This document shows positions 9,233-19,176 of a DNA stretch of 64,000 bases, piece by piece. Position numbers and translations under genes: made by a program. The DNA lies in contig JAQBHB010000093.1 in assembly GCA_032128115.1 (NCBI GenBank), positions 128,001 through 192,000 of the forward strand, written 5' to 3'. The notes under the pieces were generated by a model. That model searched no databases, was not told where the DNA came from, and was given only the letters and a program-made list of their open reading frames with translations. Every line of letters starts with the position of its first letter. Within the stretch, counting starts at the first letter, position 1. The stretch is from Deltaproteobacteria bacterium. GTDB taxonomy: Bacteria > Myxococcota_A > UBA9160 > SMWR01.

Positions 9233-11665
9233 TCATGTTCCCGCACCCAGGATCGAGCGCACCCGCTGCGCCACGTCGGGCAGCTCGCGGGGCACCCGCG
9301 GCTCGAACGCCAGCGTGTCCGCCCCCGGATCCAGCGAATCGAAGCGCCGGGCCATGCCGCGTTGTTCGAGCTCCGCGTGCAGCAGCCCCATGTCGCAGGT
9401 GGGCACCACCAGGCCCCTTGCAAGCAGTTTCGAGAACAAGAGCTCCAGACCCTTCTGGGGTCGGGTGATTCCGCGCCGGCTCTTCGGGCGCCGATCGGCC
9501 CGCGCCAGGATCGTCTCACTCAGGCCGGAAGCCATGCGCGGGACCAGGCCCCGCCAGCCCGGAACGCCCCAGGGCAGATCGTAGATGTACACGGGCTTTC
9601 CCGTCGCACAGGCCTCCGCCAGCATCGAGGCGCTTTCTCCCGTCACCACCAGTACATCGGCCAGCGCCAGGTACCCAAGGAATGGGTTCTCGTCGTTACG
9701 GCCGCGCGAAAAGCGGTAGACGTGGGCGGCGCCCGGAAGGGCCTCCTCCAGTGCGCGGGCGGAAGCCTGCGGGGTGCGACGGCTGGTGGTGGCGAAGACC
9801 GAGCCGCCGCTGGCCAGGGCCAGGGCGGTGACGTCTGCGCCCAGCTGCCGGGCCAACGCGGGCGTGAATCGGTAGTGGGGCGAGTTGCCGCCCACCAGCA
9901 CGGCAATATGCGGCCCCGGCCGATCCCGGAACAGCGGCTGCCAGCGGGAGGCGGCCGCGTCCAGCTCCGGCGTTCGCACCCGGGTCGCCGGCAGCGCGAT
10001 GGACAGGCGCCGGGGATGCGGCAGCAGCCGTGCGTAGCGCGGCACCACCCCCAGGTCGAAGGCGTCCGGCGGGGTGCCCCCCATGCGGCCCATGTGCACC
10101 GTGCGCGTTCGTCCCTGGGATTGCTTCTGGATCCAGCGGGCCACCGGCGCCGGGCGCCTACCCGTCGCGATGACCAGGTCCGGCCACGGCGGCTGCAACT
10201 GACGCGCGCTGGTCGGCTGGAGCCCGAGGCGGGTGGCGCCGAGCAGCTGGAGGGGAAGTTCGGCCAGTGCGGTGAATCGGAGGTCGATGCGCTCGTAGGG
10301 CCAACCGAGCTCTTCGGCCAGGCCCAGCGACTGCGTGGTGTGGCCCGGCTTGGTGTCGGCGAGCACCCACACCCGCGGCAACGCGTTTCCCAGGAATCGC
10401 CCGCCCTGCCGGGTTTCGACGCGATCCTCGTGGAAGTGCGCGCCACGCGACAGCAGCAGTTCCCAGTTCAGGTCGGGGTGACGCAGGGCCGCCGCCTGGA
10501 ACTGCTCCGCCCACCAGTCTGGGGTGTGGACGGTTCCCTCGGGTGGCGTGATCCAGTGCTTGCGCGGCGGGTGTTCGTCGCAGCGAATGGCTGCGAAGAC
10601 GAACTGTCCCGCGCGCCGGAAGAGCTCGTCGATCAGCCACGCGATGTCGTCGGAGGGCACGTCTTCCAGGCCGGCCATGCAGGCCACGCCGTCGCAGCGC
10701 GACGCGGAGGGGGGCTCACGCAGCAGGTCCGAGAATGAACGGCGTTTCCCGCTCTGGGCATCCCACCGCTCCGGATTCCGAATCGTCTCCGCGTCGGCGC
10801 CGGGGCTGACCAGAAGCAGGCTCCTGGCCTTGGCCCGGCGGACCCGGTCGCGGATCGCGTCGTCCAGCGCCGGGGGCGTGGGGGTGTCGGCGACGCCCCG
10901 GGCTTCGATACGGGCCAGCCCCTCGGCCCAGAACGAACTGGGTCGTTCGCGGTTGAAGACGTGGAAGCCGGCCCGGCGGGCCGCCTGCTCGCGCTCGTAC
11001 CACAGGTGTCCGAGCGGATGGTCGCGGTATACGAAGCGCTCCGGAAACGGACGCCAGGGCTGGGTGTGCAGCGTGGTGTAGTGGAGCAGCTTCGTGTGGC
11101 CCTCGACGTATTCGGCCTCGTCGCGAGCGTGCCACTCGGGAGGCAGCGGGCCGCACAGGCCCGACTCGACGCCGGCGTCAAGCAACGCGTGCTTGCGGCG
11201 GCGCTGGGCGCCCTTCAGTGTCCAGATGTCCGCCATCTTCTCGCAGTCGATGAGCATCACCGCCGTGTCGCGATCCGAGAGGGTGAGATAGCCGTGTGGG
11301 CCCATGTCCAGGTCGAAGAAATCGGCCGGGTCGCCCAGGTAGATCTGGTCCTCGTCGTTGTAGATGGCTCGGCCCGTGCCTCCCGCATAGTGGGGGATGG
11401 CGAATCGGTAGTTCGTGAAGCTCGTGGTCCAGAACCACTTGCGGTAGCCCGCCAGTTCCTTCATCAGATGGATTTCGTAGACGCGACCCGGGTCGCGGAC
11501 CTGCTCGATGGAGTAGATCAGCACCATCTCGGGCCGAAACTGGGCAGGCTCGGTTCCGACGAAAATGCGAACCGGGGGCTTCGGGCTGGGCGTAGCACCC
11601 GGCCGGACCGGAAGTACGATGCATTCGGGTGTTGCGCGCAGGGCGCCGTCCCCGGCTGCGGCCAT
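9233..11665 (-). CDS. Fusion: GT8-like glycosyltransferase + degenerate methyltransferase-like domain + ELM1/GtrOC1 domain
   Basis: N-term TSFTNYRFAIP/AIYNDEDQ/LLHYTTLHTQPW; middle DGVACMAGLEDVP..W..DELF; C-term KPGHTTQSLGLAEELG, PPWPDLVI, NPFLGYLALADVLVVTGESASM. Confidence 0.8.
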   Translation of the reverse strand: MAAAGDGALRATPECIVLPVRPGATPSPKPPVRIFVGTEPAQFRPEMVLIYSIEQVRDPGRVYEIHLMKELAGYRKWFWTTSFTNYRFAIPHYAGGTGRAIYNDEDQIYLGDPADFFDLDMGPHGYLTLSDRDTAVMLIDCEKMADIWTLKGAQRRRKHALLDAGVESGLCGPLPPEWHARDEAEYVEGHTKLLHYTTLHTQPWRPFPERFVYRDHPLGHLWYEREQAARRAGFHVFNRERPSSFWAEGLARIEARGVADTPTPPALDDAIRDRVRRAKARSLLLVSPGADAETIRNPERWDAQSGKRRSFSDLLREPPSASRCDGVACMAGLEDVPSDDIAWLIDELFRRAGQFVFAAIRCDEHPPRKHWITPPEGTVHTPDWWAEQFQAAALRHPDLNWELLLSRGAHFHEDRVETRQGGRFLGNALPRVWVLADTKPGHTTQSLGLAEELGWPYERIDLRFTALAELPLQLLGATRLGLQPTSARQLQPPWPDLVIATGRRPAPVARWIQKQSQGRTRTVHMGRMGGTPPDAFDLGVVPRYARLLPHPRRLSIALPATRVRTPELDAAASRWQPLFRDRPGPHIAVLVGGNSPHYRFTPALARQLGADVTALALASGGSVFATTSRRTPQASARALEEALPGAAHVYRFSRGRNDENPFLGYLALADVLVVTGESASMLAEACATGKPVYIYDLPWGVPGWRGLVPRMASGLSETILARADRRPKSRRGITRPQKGLELLFSKLLARGLVVPTCDMGLLHAELEQRGMARRFDSLDPGADTLAFEPRVPRELPDVAQRVRSILGAGT

Positions 11666-11746
11666 CGCTTCCTCCCTGGGGCAATCATCCCGGGAAATCC
11701 ACCCCGGCGGCCCGGAATGCTCGCGTTTCACGGCGAACTTGTCACA

Positions 11747-14086
11747 TCACGCGCGGGTGAACATGCCCCGCAAGCGAAGGCCCAGATACACGGCCACGAT
11801 CCCCAACACCAGGTTGGGCGCCAGGCCCGCCACCACGGGCGGAAGCAGCTTCCGGTAGCCGAGACTCGAAGCCAGGCCCGTGAGCAGGACGCTGCCCACG
11901 GCCACCACCACGCTCACCACCAGGGACGACGCCGTGCTGGGATAGGGGGGGCCCGACACCGCATAGAAGAAGGCGACCGCGGGAAGCACGACGCAGCCGA
12001 GGGGCGCTGCATACTTGGTGAACAGATCCACCTGGAAGATCGTGGGGTCGTGGTCGTCGTCCTCGAGCTGCTGGATCTCCTCGCGCAGGTCGCCCACGGG
12101 CATGTTGCGCGTGTCCACGTCGATGGGAACGCCCTCCCACAGGTGGGCGAAGCGGGCGCCGGGAACGCGCTCGAGTCCGTTCCCCATCACGTTCACGCGG
12201 CTGGGCTCCGACAGGCGCCAGACGCCGCCCCCGACGTAGCGTCCGCCCGGGGAATCGGTGCGGCTGGTGGGTAGCCCCTCGTGTCCGAGCTCGTAGATCG
12301 TGAGCCCCCGGGCGATTCCCAGCTGGGGGTCGAATCGCTCGGCCTCGATCTGTCGGGGGCCATCCCGGAACCACACCACAGGAGGGCGCGCGCCCCCGTC
12401 CAGGCTGGGTTGCTCCCAGAGTTCTTCGGCCTTGATCTCGCGCTGCTGCAGCCGCTCGCTCAAGGTGTTGGCACGGGGAACGATCTCGTTGTTCCACAGA
12501 AAGAACAGAGGCGCGAAGCTGGTGCAGATCAGCAGCACCGGCAGCATGCCCCGGGGTGCCGGGATGCCGCATCCGCGCATGCCGGTGAGCTCTCCCTGCA
12601 CGGCCACCAGGCTCACGGTGAGAGCGGTCGCCACCAGCAGGGCCATGGGCACCAGGCGCGAGATCAACAGCGGAATCCGCAAGCCGTAGAAGCGAACGGC
12701 TTCGGACGCGGTGGCGTTGAAGCGTGCGAACCATTGCAACCGCTCGAGGATGTCGATCAGCAGGTAGCCCACCAGCAGCACGGCGAACGAGAAGCCCAGC
12801 ATGGCCAGGAAGCGGCCGGCCACATAGCGCTGCAGCGCCCAGCGGTGGGTTCGGATGCGGCGGCTGGAAGGCCAGCGCCGGATCCAGTTTGCCGGGGGCT
12901 CTTCCGGGGCGACCGCGGCTCCGGTCCCGACCGGCGGCTTCTCCTCGCCCCCGCGTTTGTTGCCGCGCTCCATGCGCCACGCGAACACCGAGGCGCGGCC
13001 GGCCCACAGGAACAGGCCGCCGCCCACCAGGGCAAGCACGATCGTGGGCAACCACACGGCCAGCTCGAGCGGGGTGCCGGTCCTGATCAGACCATTGGTG
13101 AGCTGGGTCAGTCCGTAGTAGAGAACCGCCGCCATCAGGCCCAGGATGGCGCCACTCGAGCGCGACGACGCGCCCCGCGCCAGGAAGAGCGAGATCACCA
13201 GGAGTCCGAAGAACACGGTGGCTGTGGGCCGTGCGAAGCGTCGTTGCAGCTCGATGCTGGCGTCCCGGGCCTCACCGGGTGTCGCCGTGTCGAGGCTGCG
13301 GGCGCGCAGGTCGCTCAAGGTGGCAGCTTGCAGCGGGGGAGGCGCGAAGCGCTCCAGATTGGATTTGGTTTCGGGAAGCAGGGTGGAAACCGCGTCGAAA
13401 CGGAACTCTGCCAGGCGTCGCTCGGTGGCGAATATCACCGCGGCGTGTTCCAGGGTGATGCGGGTGGAACCGCTTGGGTCCGGAGCCAGGGAGCCCCGCT
13501 TGGCGAAGATCGTGTCGCCCACGCCGGGGGTCCACAGCATGACCCCCTTCATGTGGTCGCCGCGGGCCGAGACCTCCCGCGCCTGCAGTCTCCAGTCGCC
13601 GAAGCGGTGCAGGGTACCGGTGCGCACCGTGGCGCCCGGGTTCTCCTGGGAGATCGAGTGCAGGGCAGCGTCCAGCGAGCGTTGCGACCAGGGTGCGCCC
13701 AGGGTGGTGAGGCCCCCCGCCACGAGGGTCATGGCTGCGGCCACGGCGACCACGGGCGCGTGCAGGCGGCGCGCAGAGATGCCGCACGCCTCCAATGCGA
13801 TCACCTCCTGGTCGGCCACCAGACGTCCCAGGGCCACCAGGGCTCCCACCATCAAGGACAGGGGGACCACCTCCGTGGCGATGGGCACCGCTGTGAAGAA
13901 GGCGATGCTCGCCACCGTGGCTGCGCCGATGCCCCGGTTGATCAGCAGGTCCGAGAGCCGCAGCAACTCCTTCGTGAGCACCATCATGGTGAGTCCGCCC
14001 AGGGTGAACAGGAAGGGGAACACCATTTCCCGGCCCACATAGCGGTACAAGGTCCATCCCAGACTGCGGCCGAGATTCGATTCCAT
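11747..14086 (-). CDS. lptFG: Fused LptF-LptG (YjgP/YjgQ) permease
   Basis: Two YjgP-type halves (LYRYVGRE...GRLVADQEVIALEACGIS; LQRYVAGR...GELTGMRGCGI), each with a beta-jellyroll region and TM bundle. Confidence 0.85.
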   Translation of the reverse strand: MESNLGRSLGWTLYRYVGREMVFPFLFTLGGLTMMVLTKELLRLSDLLINRGIGAATVASIAFFTAVPIATEVVPLSLMVGALVALGRLVADQEVIALEACGISARRLHAPVVAVAAAMTLVAGGLTTLGAPWSQRSLDAALHSISQENPGATVRTGTLHRFGDWRLQAREVSARGDHMKGVMLWTPGVGDTIFAKRGSLAPDPSGSTRITLEHAAVIFATERRLAEFRFDAVSTLLPETKSNLERFAPPPLQAATLSDLRARSLDTATPGEARDASIELQRRFARPTATVFFGLLVISLFLARGASSRSSGAILGLMAAVLYYGLTQLTNGLIRTGTPLELAVWLPTIVLALVGGGLFLWAGRASVFAWRMERGNKRGGEEKPPVGTGAAVAPEEPPANWIRRWPSSRRIRTHRWALQRYVAGRFLAMLGFSFAVLLVGYLLIDILERLQWFARFNATASEAVRFYGLRIPLLISRLVPMALLVATALTVSLVAVQGELTGMRGCGIPAPRGMLPVLLICTSFAPLFFLWNNEIVPRANTLSERLQQREIKAEELWEQPSLDGGARPPVVWFRDGPRQIEAERFDPQLGIARGLTIYELGHEGLPTSRTDSPGGRYVGGGVWRLSEPSRVNVMGNGLERVPGARFAHLWEGVPIDVDTRNMPVGDLREEIQQLEDDDHDPTIFQVDLFTKYAAPLGCVVLPAVAFFYAVSGPPYPSTASSLVVSVVVAVGSVLLTGLASSLGYRKLLPPVVAGLAPNLVLGIVAVYLGLRLRGMFTRA

Positions 14087-15387
14087 CAGAGCCTCGGGTT
14101 CTCGTACCAGATCACGCCCAGGCCGCGTTCGTGGTCCACCTTCTCCTCGGTGGTGATGGCATCCAGGTCGCCGTCCCCGTCCAGGTCGTGAAGTTCGATG
14201 CGGTCGAACTTGATTCCGCGCGGACCGCTTACGTTGTGGATCTGCCAGCCGGGGGAGGTGGGCGTGCCGCCGGCGTCGTACCAGGTGACGCCCCAGCGCT
14301 CGTAGCCCAGCAGCCACGCCAGCCACACGGCCGGGCGATTCCAGGTGCGGGTCAGCACGATGTCGTTCTTCCCGTCCCCGTCCACGTCGGCGATGGTGGC
14401 GGCTTTGCCGGTGCCGCCGTTGGCGGCGATCTCGATATCGTGGCCTTCCCACGCCCGGCCCACCGCGTCGAGGGCGCGAAACCAGCGCAGCCCGTCTTGC
14501 GTGGGCGCCACCACGTCGTCCCGGCCGTCTCCGTCCAGGTCGCCCACATCGGCAAAGGCCGCGCCCTTGCCCCGGGCCCCGATCTCGTGCAGGGTCCAGG
14601 CCTGGGTCTGCCGGGGTCCCGGCCCGGGGTTCTCGAGCCAGCCGAGTCCGGCATCCGAGTCTTCCCGCACGCCAGCGCTCAGCAACAGATCGCGATCGCC
14701 GTCTCCATCGAAGTCGTGGGGCGAGAGCGACATGACCTTGTCTCCACCGCGGTGGATTTCGTACGCCTGCCAGGAGACGAGATCGCGAGCGTCGGGCGCT
14801 GCGGTCAACAGTGTCACCACGGCCGTTCCCTTCAGACTTCCCACTACGATGTCGGGTCCATGGCGTCCATCCACCTGGAAGACGCTGGCCTGGATCCAGT
14901 TCTGGTCGGCGGTCGCTGGGATCTTCTCGGTCGTCCAGTGCGCTTCATCCCGGTACTGGGAGCGAGCGGTGGGCGCCCAGTGCACGTAGACCCCGTTTCC
15001 TCCCGAGACGTCGCTGCCTTCGGTGGCGCTCACGACATCGGCGGCTCCATCCCCGTCCAGATCCGCCAACAGCGCATCTTCGGGCCCCTTGACCCGGCCC
15101 ACGGTCACCTGGGGCCAGCCCTGGGTCACGTGGTGGCGGCCCGGGTGGAGATACACGCGCACCTGGCTGGCCGTTTCCCACGGTACGGCCAGATCCACGC
15201 GGCCGTCGCCGTTCACATCGAGCAGTTTGACGCCATCGGCACCGGTCGCCGAGTCATCGATCACGTGCATGGCCCAGGGGCCGTCCGGCGATTCGGGGCT
15301 GCAGGCCGCCACCAGGGCGACGAGCGCCGCAGCAGCTGCAAGCTTCTGGGTCCGGCGGCAGCTGCTCTCGCGCACAACCATGGGCAT
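14086..15387 (-). CDS. FG-GAP/VCBS repeat beta-propeller lipoprotein
   Basis: Lipobox LVAAC; multiple DxDGDGxxD calcium-binding motifs. Confidence 0.75.
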   Translation of the reverse strand: MPMVVRESSCRRTQKLAAAAALVALVAACSPESPDGPWAMHVIDDSATGADGVKLLDVNGDGRVDLAVPWETASQVRVYLHPGRHHVTQGWPQVTVGRVKGPEDALLADLDGDGAADVVSATEGSDVSGGNGVYVHWAPTARSQYRDEAHWTTEKIPATADQNWIQASVFQVDGRHGPDIVVGSLKGTAVVTLLTAAPDARDLVSWQAYEIHRGGDKVMSLSPHDFDGDGDRDLLLSAGVREDSDAGLGWLENPGPGPRQTQAWTLHEIGARGKGAAFADVGDLDGDGRDDVVAPTQDGLRWFRALDAVGRAWEGHDIEIAANGGTGKAATIADVDGDGKNDIVLTRTWNRPAVWLAWLLGYERWGVTWYDAGGTPTSPGWQIHNVSGPRGIKFDRIELHDLDGDGDLDAITTEEKVDHERGLGVIWYENPRL

Positions 15388-15459
15388 CCGGCCAGGGGCT
15401 CCCGAAAGTCGCCGTGTCGTGGTCGTTTGCCGCAGGGGGGAACGCGGCCCACGGGGCCG

Positions 15460-15534
15460 CGCGGATTCGGCTGCGGGGCCTTCCACGCGTCCCCGCGGAT
15501 TCGGCTGCGGGGCCTTCCTCGCGTCCCCGCGGAT
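15460..15534. repeat. 2.2 x 34-bp tandem repeat in divergent intergenic region
   Basis: CGCGGATTCGGCTGCGGGGCCTTCC(A/T)CGCGTCCC x2 plus a partial third copy. Confidence 0.85.
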
Positions 15535-15628
15535 CGGATCATAGGTCGCCGGCTCGGTCGCGAGCAAGCGAGGCGATCGGTCCTTGACGGCGTCGCCACG
15601 GCGCGGGAGCTTTCGCCCGGGAGGACAG

Positions 15629-18115
15629 GTGGACGTTCCGGGGCCGCAGCGCAGGAATCATGCGGAGTGGCTCGGCGAGGTCTTCGAGCGGATCGGAGGC
15701 TGGTCGTTCGACCACCGCGGCGGGGTGCTGCTTGGCTGCATTGCGCTGCTCGGCGCGTGCGTCTGGCTCGCGTCCGGCGTCCGCTTCGACAACAGCTTCG
15801 AGTCCTACTTCGACAACGGCGATCCGGCCTACCGGGCCTACAACCGCTATCGCGACGATTTCGGCTCGGACGAGATCTCCTACATCCTCTACGAGGCGCC
15901 TGGGCGCAGCCACGGGGTCTTCGACCTCGAGGTGATGCGGTCGATCCGCGAGCTCACCGCCGAACTGGAAGCCGTCCCGTTCGTGAAGGAGGTCACGAGT
16001 CTCAGCAACGCCGAGTTCCTGGAGGGGGTTCCCGACGGCATCGAGATCCATGAGCTGCTGGAGGAATTCCCCGAGAGCCAGGAGGAGCTGTTGGCGATTC
16101 GCCGCCGCGTGCTCCAGGAGCCCCTGTATGTGGGCGGTCTGGTGAGCGAGGACGGTCGCTACGCCGCGCTCATCGTCGAGATGTACGCCTCGACGGTCTC
16201 GCCCCTGGAGGAGCTGCGGTTGGATCCGGATGCGGGCGACGGCCTCTCCAACCTGTACCCCCAGGTCCCCTATCACCGGATCGAGGAGATCCTGGCGCGT
16301 CCCGAGTACCAGGAGATCCGGTTCCAACACGTGGGCGAGGTGCCGCTCAACGCAATCTACAACGAAGTGGTGCAGGGCGAGAGCGGAATGCTGGGGGGCC
16401 TGACCCTGGCTGCCATCGCGCTGCTGCTGTTCGTCTTCTTCCGCCGGGCCATCGGAGTGATCGGTCCCATGGTGGTGGTGGCCCTGAGCATCCTCGTCGC
16501 CATCGCCTGGCTGGGGGTCGCGGGCTGGAATCTCGATCTCATGTTCATCATGTTGCCAACGCTGCTGATCGCCGTAGGCGTCGCCGACTCGGTCCACATC
16601 ATCGCGGAGTTTCGCGCCTTCCACGCGGAGCTTGGCGACCGGCGGGAGGCAGCGAGTCGAACCCTCTCCCTGGTGGGTCCCGCCTGCCTGCTCACGAGCC
16701 TGACCACCGCCGCGGGCATGGCCTCCATGTCGATCGCCCCGATCGTGGCGATCTCCCATTTCGCCATCTACTCCGCCGTGGGCGTGATGGCGGCCTTCCT
16801 GTTCTCCATGACCCTGCTGTTCGTGCTGCTGTCCTTCGGGCGTCGCCATCTCGAGCGGGTCGCCACGGCCGAGGAGGTGGCGCGGGCCAAGGGCGGTGCG
16901 CGCTTCCAGCGAGGGCTCGCCGCGGTGGCCCACTTCGACGTGCGTCACCGGCGCGCGATCCTCTCGTGGTTCGCCCTGCTGTTCGTGGTCTCGACCCTGG
17001 GCATTGCGCGCCTGCGAGTCGATTCGAACTTCATGCACGAGTTCTCGGCCGACGAGCCGGTGCGCCGCGCCACCGAGTACGTAGACGGAATCATGGGGGG
17101 AACCCTCAGCGTCGTCTACCTCTTCGACTCCGGGCATCCGGAGGGCATCGTGGATCCGCAGGTCCTGGGGGAGATCGAGCGCGTGCAGCGGGAGGCCGAG
17201 ACGCACGCGGATACGGTCCAGAAGACCTATTCGGTGGCCGACGTGATCGTCGACCTGAACCAGGCCTTCCACGAGGAGGATCCGAGCTTCCGCGTGCTTC
17301 CGGAGACCCGGGATCTGACGGCGCAATACCTGCTGCTCTACGAGATGTCCGGAGGCGAGGAGGTGAGGGACTACGTCTCCAGCGACTTCGCCCGTGCCAG
17401 CCTGCAGGTGCGAAGCCGGACGGTGGCCACCAGCGTGCTCGGCGAGATGGTCGACGGCGTGGAGCGCTACCTGGAGGAGCAGCCGGTCACCGCATCGAGC
17501 GTCAGCGTCACGGGGGTGGGGGCCCTCTGGCTGGAGCTCCAGGACTACATCACCCGCAGCCAGATTCGCGGCTTCCTGCTGGCGTTTATCGTGATCGCCG
17601 CCCTGCTGTGCTTCGTGTTCCAGTCGCTGCGAATCGGCATGGTCGCCATGATTCCGAATCTCTCCCCGGTGGTATTCACCCTGGGCTTCATGGGATGGTT
17701 CGACATTCCGCTGGACTATGTGCGCTTGTTGATCGCCAGCGTTGCCATCGGAATCTCCGTGGACGATACGATCCACCACGTGATGCGGTACCAGACCGAG
17801 TTTCGGCGCTCCGGCAGCTACGAGCGCGCCCTGCATGCGTCCATGGCCGACGTGGGGCGGGCCCTGTTCATCACATCTGCAGTGCTGGTGGTGGGCTTCT
17901 TGATGCTCGCGTTCTCGCGCCTGGACACGATGCTGATGTTCGGGAGCCTGCTGGCGATCACCATTGCCATCGCCCTGATCGCGGATTTCTTCCTGATGCC
18001 CGCTCTGGTGATGACCGTGAAGCCGTTCGGGCCGGAGTGGACGGCCGCGGCTGCCCCGGCCCGTTCCGATCGGGGCGTGGCCCCGGGCGCGGTGGCCCGC
18101 GCGCCGGGAACCTGA
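15629..18115 (+). CDS. MMPL/RND-family lipid exporter
   Basis: Two repeats of periplasmic domain + TM bundle; IAVGVADSVH and IGISVDDTIH motifs. Confidence 0.85.
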   Translation: MDVPGPQRRNHAEWLGEVFERIGGWSFDHRGGVLLGCIALLGACVWLASGVRFDNSFESYFDNGDPAYRAYNRYRDDFGSDEISYILYEAPGRSHGVFDLEVMRSIRELTAELEAVPFVKEVTSLSNAEFLEGVPDGIEIHELLEEFPESQEELLAIRRRVLQEPLYVGGLVSEDGRYAALIVEMYASTVSPLEELRLDPDAGDGLSNLYPQVPYHRIEEILARPEYQEIRFQHVGEVPLNAIYNEVVQGESGMLGGLTLAAIALLLFVFFRRAIGVIGPMVVVALSILVAIAWLGVAGWNLDLMFIMLPTLLIAVGVADSVHIIAEFRAFHAELGDRREAASRTLSLVGPACLLTSLTTAAGMASMSIAPIVAISHFAIYSAVGVMAAFLFSMTLLFVLLSFGRRHLERVATAEEVARAKGGARFQRGLAAVAHFDVRHRRAILSWFALLFVVSTLGIARLRVDSNFMHEFSADEPVRRATEYVDGIMGGTLSVVYLFDSGHPEGIVDPQVLGEIERVQREAETHADTVQKTYSVADVIVDLNQAFHEEDPSFRVLPETRDLTAQYLLLYEMSGGEEVRDYVSSDFARASLQVRSRTVATSVLGEMVDGVERYLEEQPVTASSVSVTGVGALWLELQDYITRSQIRGFLLAFIVIAALLCFVFQSLRIGMVAMIPNLSPVVFTLGFMGWFDIPLDYVRLLIASVAIGISVDDTIHHVMRYQTEFRRSGSYERALHASMADVGRALFITSAVLVVGFLMLAFSRLDTMLMFGSLLAITIAIALIADFFLMPALVMTVKPFGPEWTAAAAPARSDRGVAPGAVARAPGT

Positions 18116-18132
18116 GCCCTCCGGGTCGCGTC

Positions 18133-19176
18133 GTGGGCCGCGTGCTGCTGCTCCTGCTGGGGCTCGTCATCGGCGTCGCGCTGGCCCTGGAAGGGGGGCT
18201 GCGCGTGTTCCGGGAAGAACAGCTGGGAATCCCCCGGGACGAACGTTTGTTCTACCGGCACCACCCGCGCCTGGGCTGGATGCCGGAGCCGGGGAGCGCG
18301 CGCGAGCTGACGGGTGCGCGGCGCGTGCACGTGACCCACAACCTCGAAGGATTCCGGGATCGCGACCACGGAGCCAAGCGGCGGCCGCGCCTGCTCTTCG
18401 TTGGGGACTCCTACGTGTGGGGCTACGACGTCGAGGCGTCCGAGCGGTTCAGCGATCTGCTGCAGGCGCGGCTTGCCGGTGTGGAGGTTCTCAACCTGGG
18501 GGTTTCCGGATACGGCACCGATCAGGAGTACCTGCTGCTGCAGGAGGCCCTCGAGCGCTACGACCCGGACTGGGTGGTGTTGGTGATGGGGCCCAACGAC
18601 ACGCTGGACAATCGTCGCAACCACGTGTCGGGTCGGACCTGGAAGCCCTGGTTCGCCCTGGACGGCGGCGAGCTGGTGCCAAAGGGCATCCCGGTGCCCG
18701 CGTCTCTCGCCTATGTGCAGCGCGAGCACCCGATCCTGTTGTCGAGCTTCCTGGTGCGGGCGGGGGTACAGGCCTTCCTGCGCCTGACGGGGCCGGTTCC
18801 GCAGTTGCAGCCCGACGATCCCAGCGAGGCGTTGGTGGCGGCAGCCGGTCGTCTCGTCCGGGACCACGGCGCGGAATTCGGCCTCGCCTGGGTGGGGACC
18901 CGCGGCTTGCCGGATGACGTGACTCGCTGGTTGGAGGGGCAGGTCGGACCCCAGGCGGCGAGCCTGCGTTTTCCCGTGGAGCTGTGTCGTCGCGAGGAGA
19001 TCCCGTGTCTCGATCTGTCCCACGATCTCACGTACCCGAGCCACGGCTGGCACTGGACGCCGGAAGGGCACCGGGAGGTGGCCGAACGCCTGCTTCCGTT
19101 CCTGCAGGATCAGGGCTGGCTCGCCGAGACGGCCGGATTGTTGGGGCCCGTGCGCTGGATTCAATCGGCGCCGTAG
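18133..19176 (+). CDS. SGNH/GDSL hydrolase with N-terminal membrane anchor
   Basis: FVGDSYVWG, NLGVSGYGT, GPND, HWTPEGH blocks; GTG start after the MMPL stop. Confidence 0.8.
   Translation: MGRVLLLLLGLVIGVALALEGGLRVFREEQLGIPRDERLFYRHHPRLGWMPEPGSARELTGARRVHVTHNLEGFRDRDHGAKRRPRLLFVGDSYVWGYDVEASERFSDLLQARLAGVEVLNLGVSGYGTDQEYLLLQEALERYDPDWVVLVMGPNDTLDNRRNHVSGRTWKPWFALDGGELVPKGIPVPASLAYVQREHPILLSSFLVRAGVQAFLRLTGPVPQLQPDDPSEALVAAAGRLVRDHGAEFGLAWVGTRGLPDDVTRWLEGQVGPQAASLRFPVELCRREEIPCLDLSHDLTYPSHGWHWTPEGHREVAERLLPFLQDQGWLAETAGLLGPVRWIQSAP

Noticed and set aside
14087..14452. N-terminal extension of LptFG, suggesting a larger fusion
   Set aside because: Alternative frame of the FG-GAP gene; the ATG at 14086 overlapping the upstream stop is the natural start
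16966..18132. Long N-terminal extension of the SGNH hydrolase (736-aa ORF)
   Set aside because: Overlaps the MMPL gene in another frame and reads as Arg/Gly/Pro noise; the real start is near 18133
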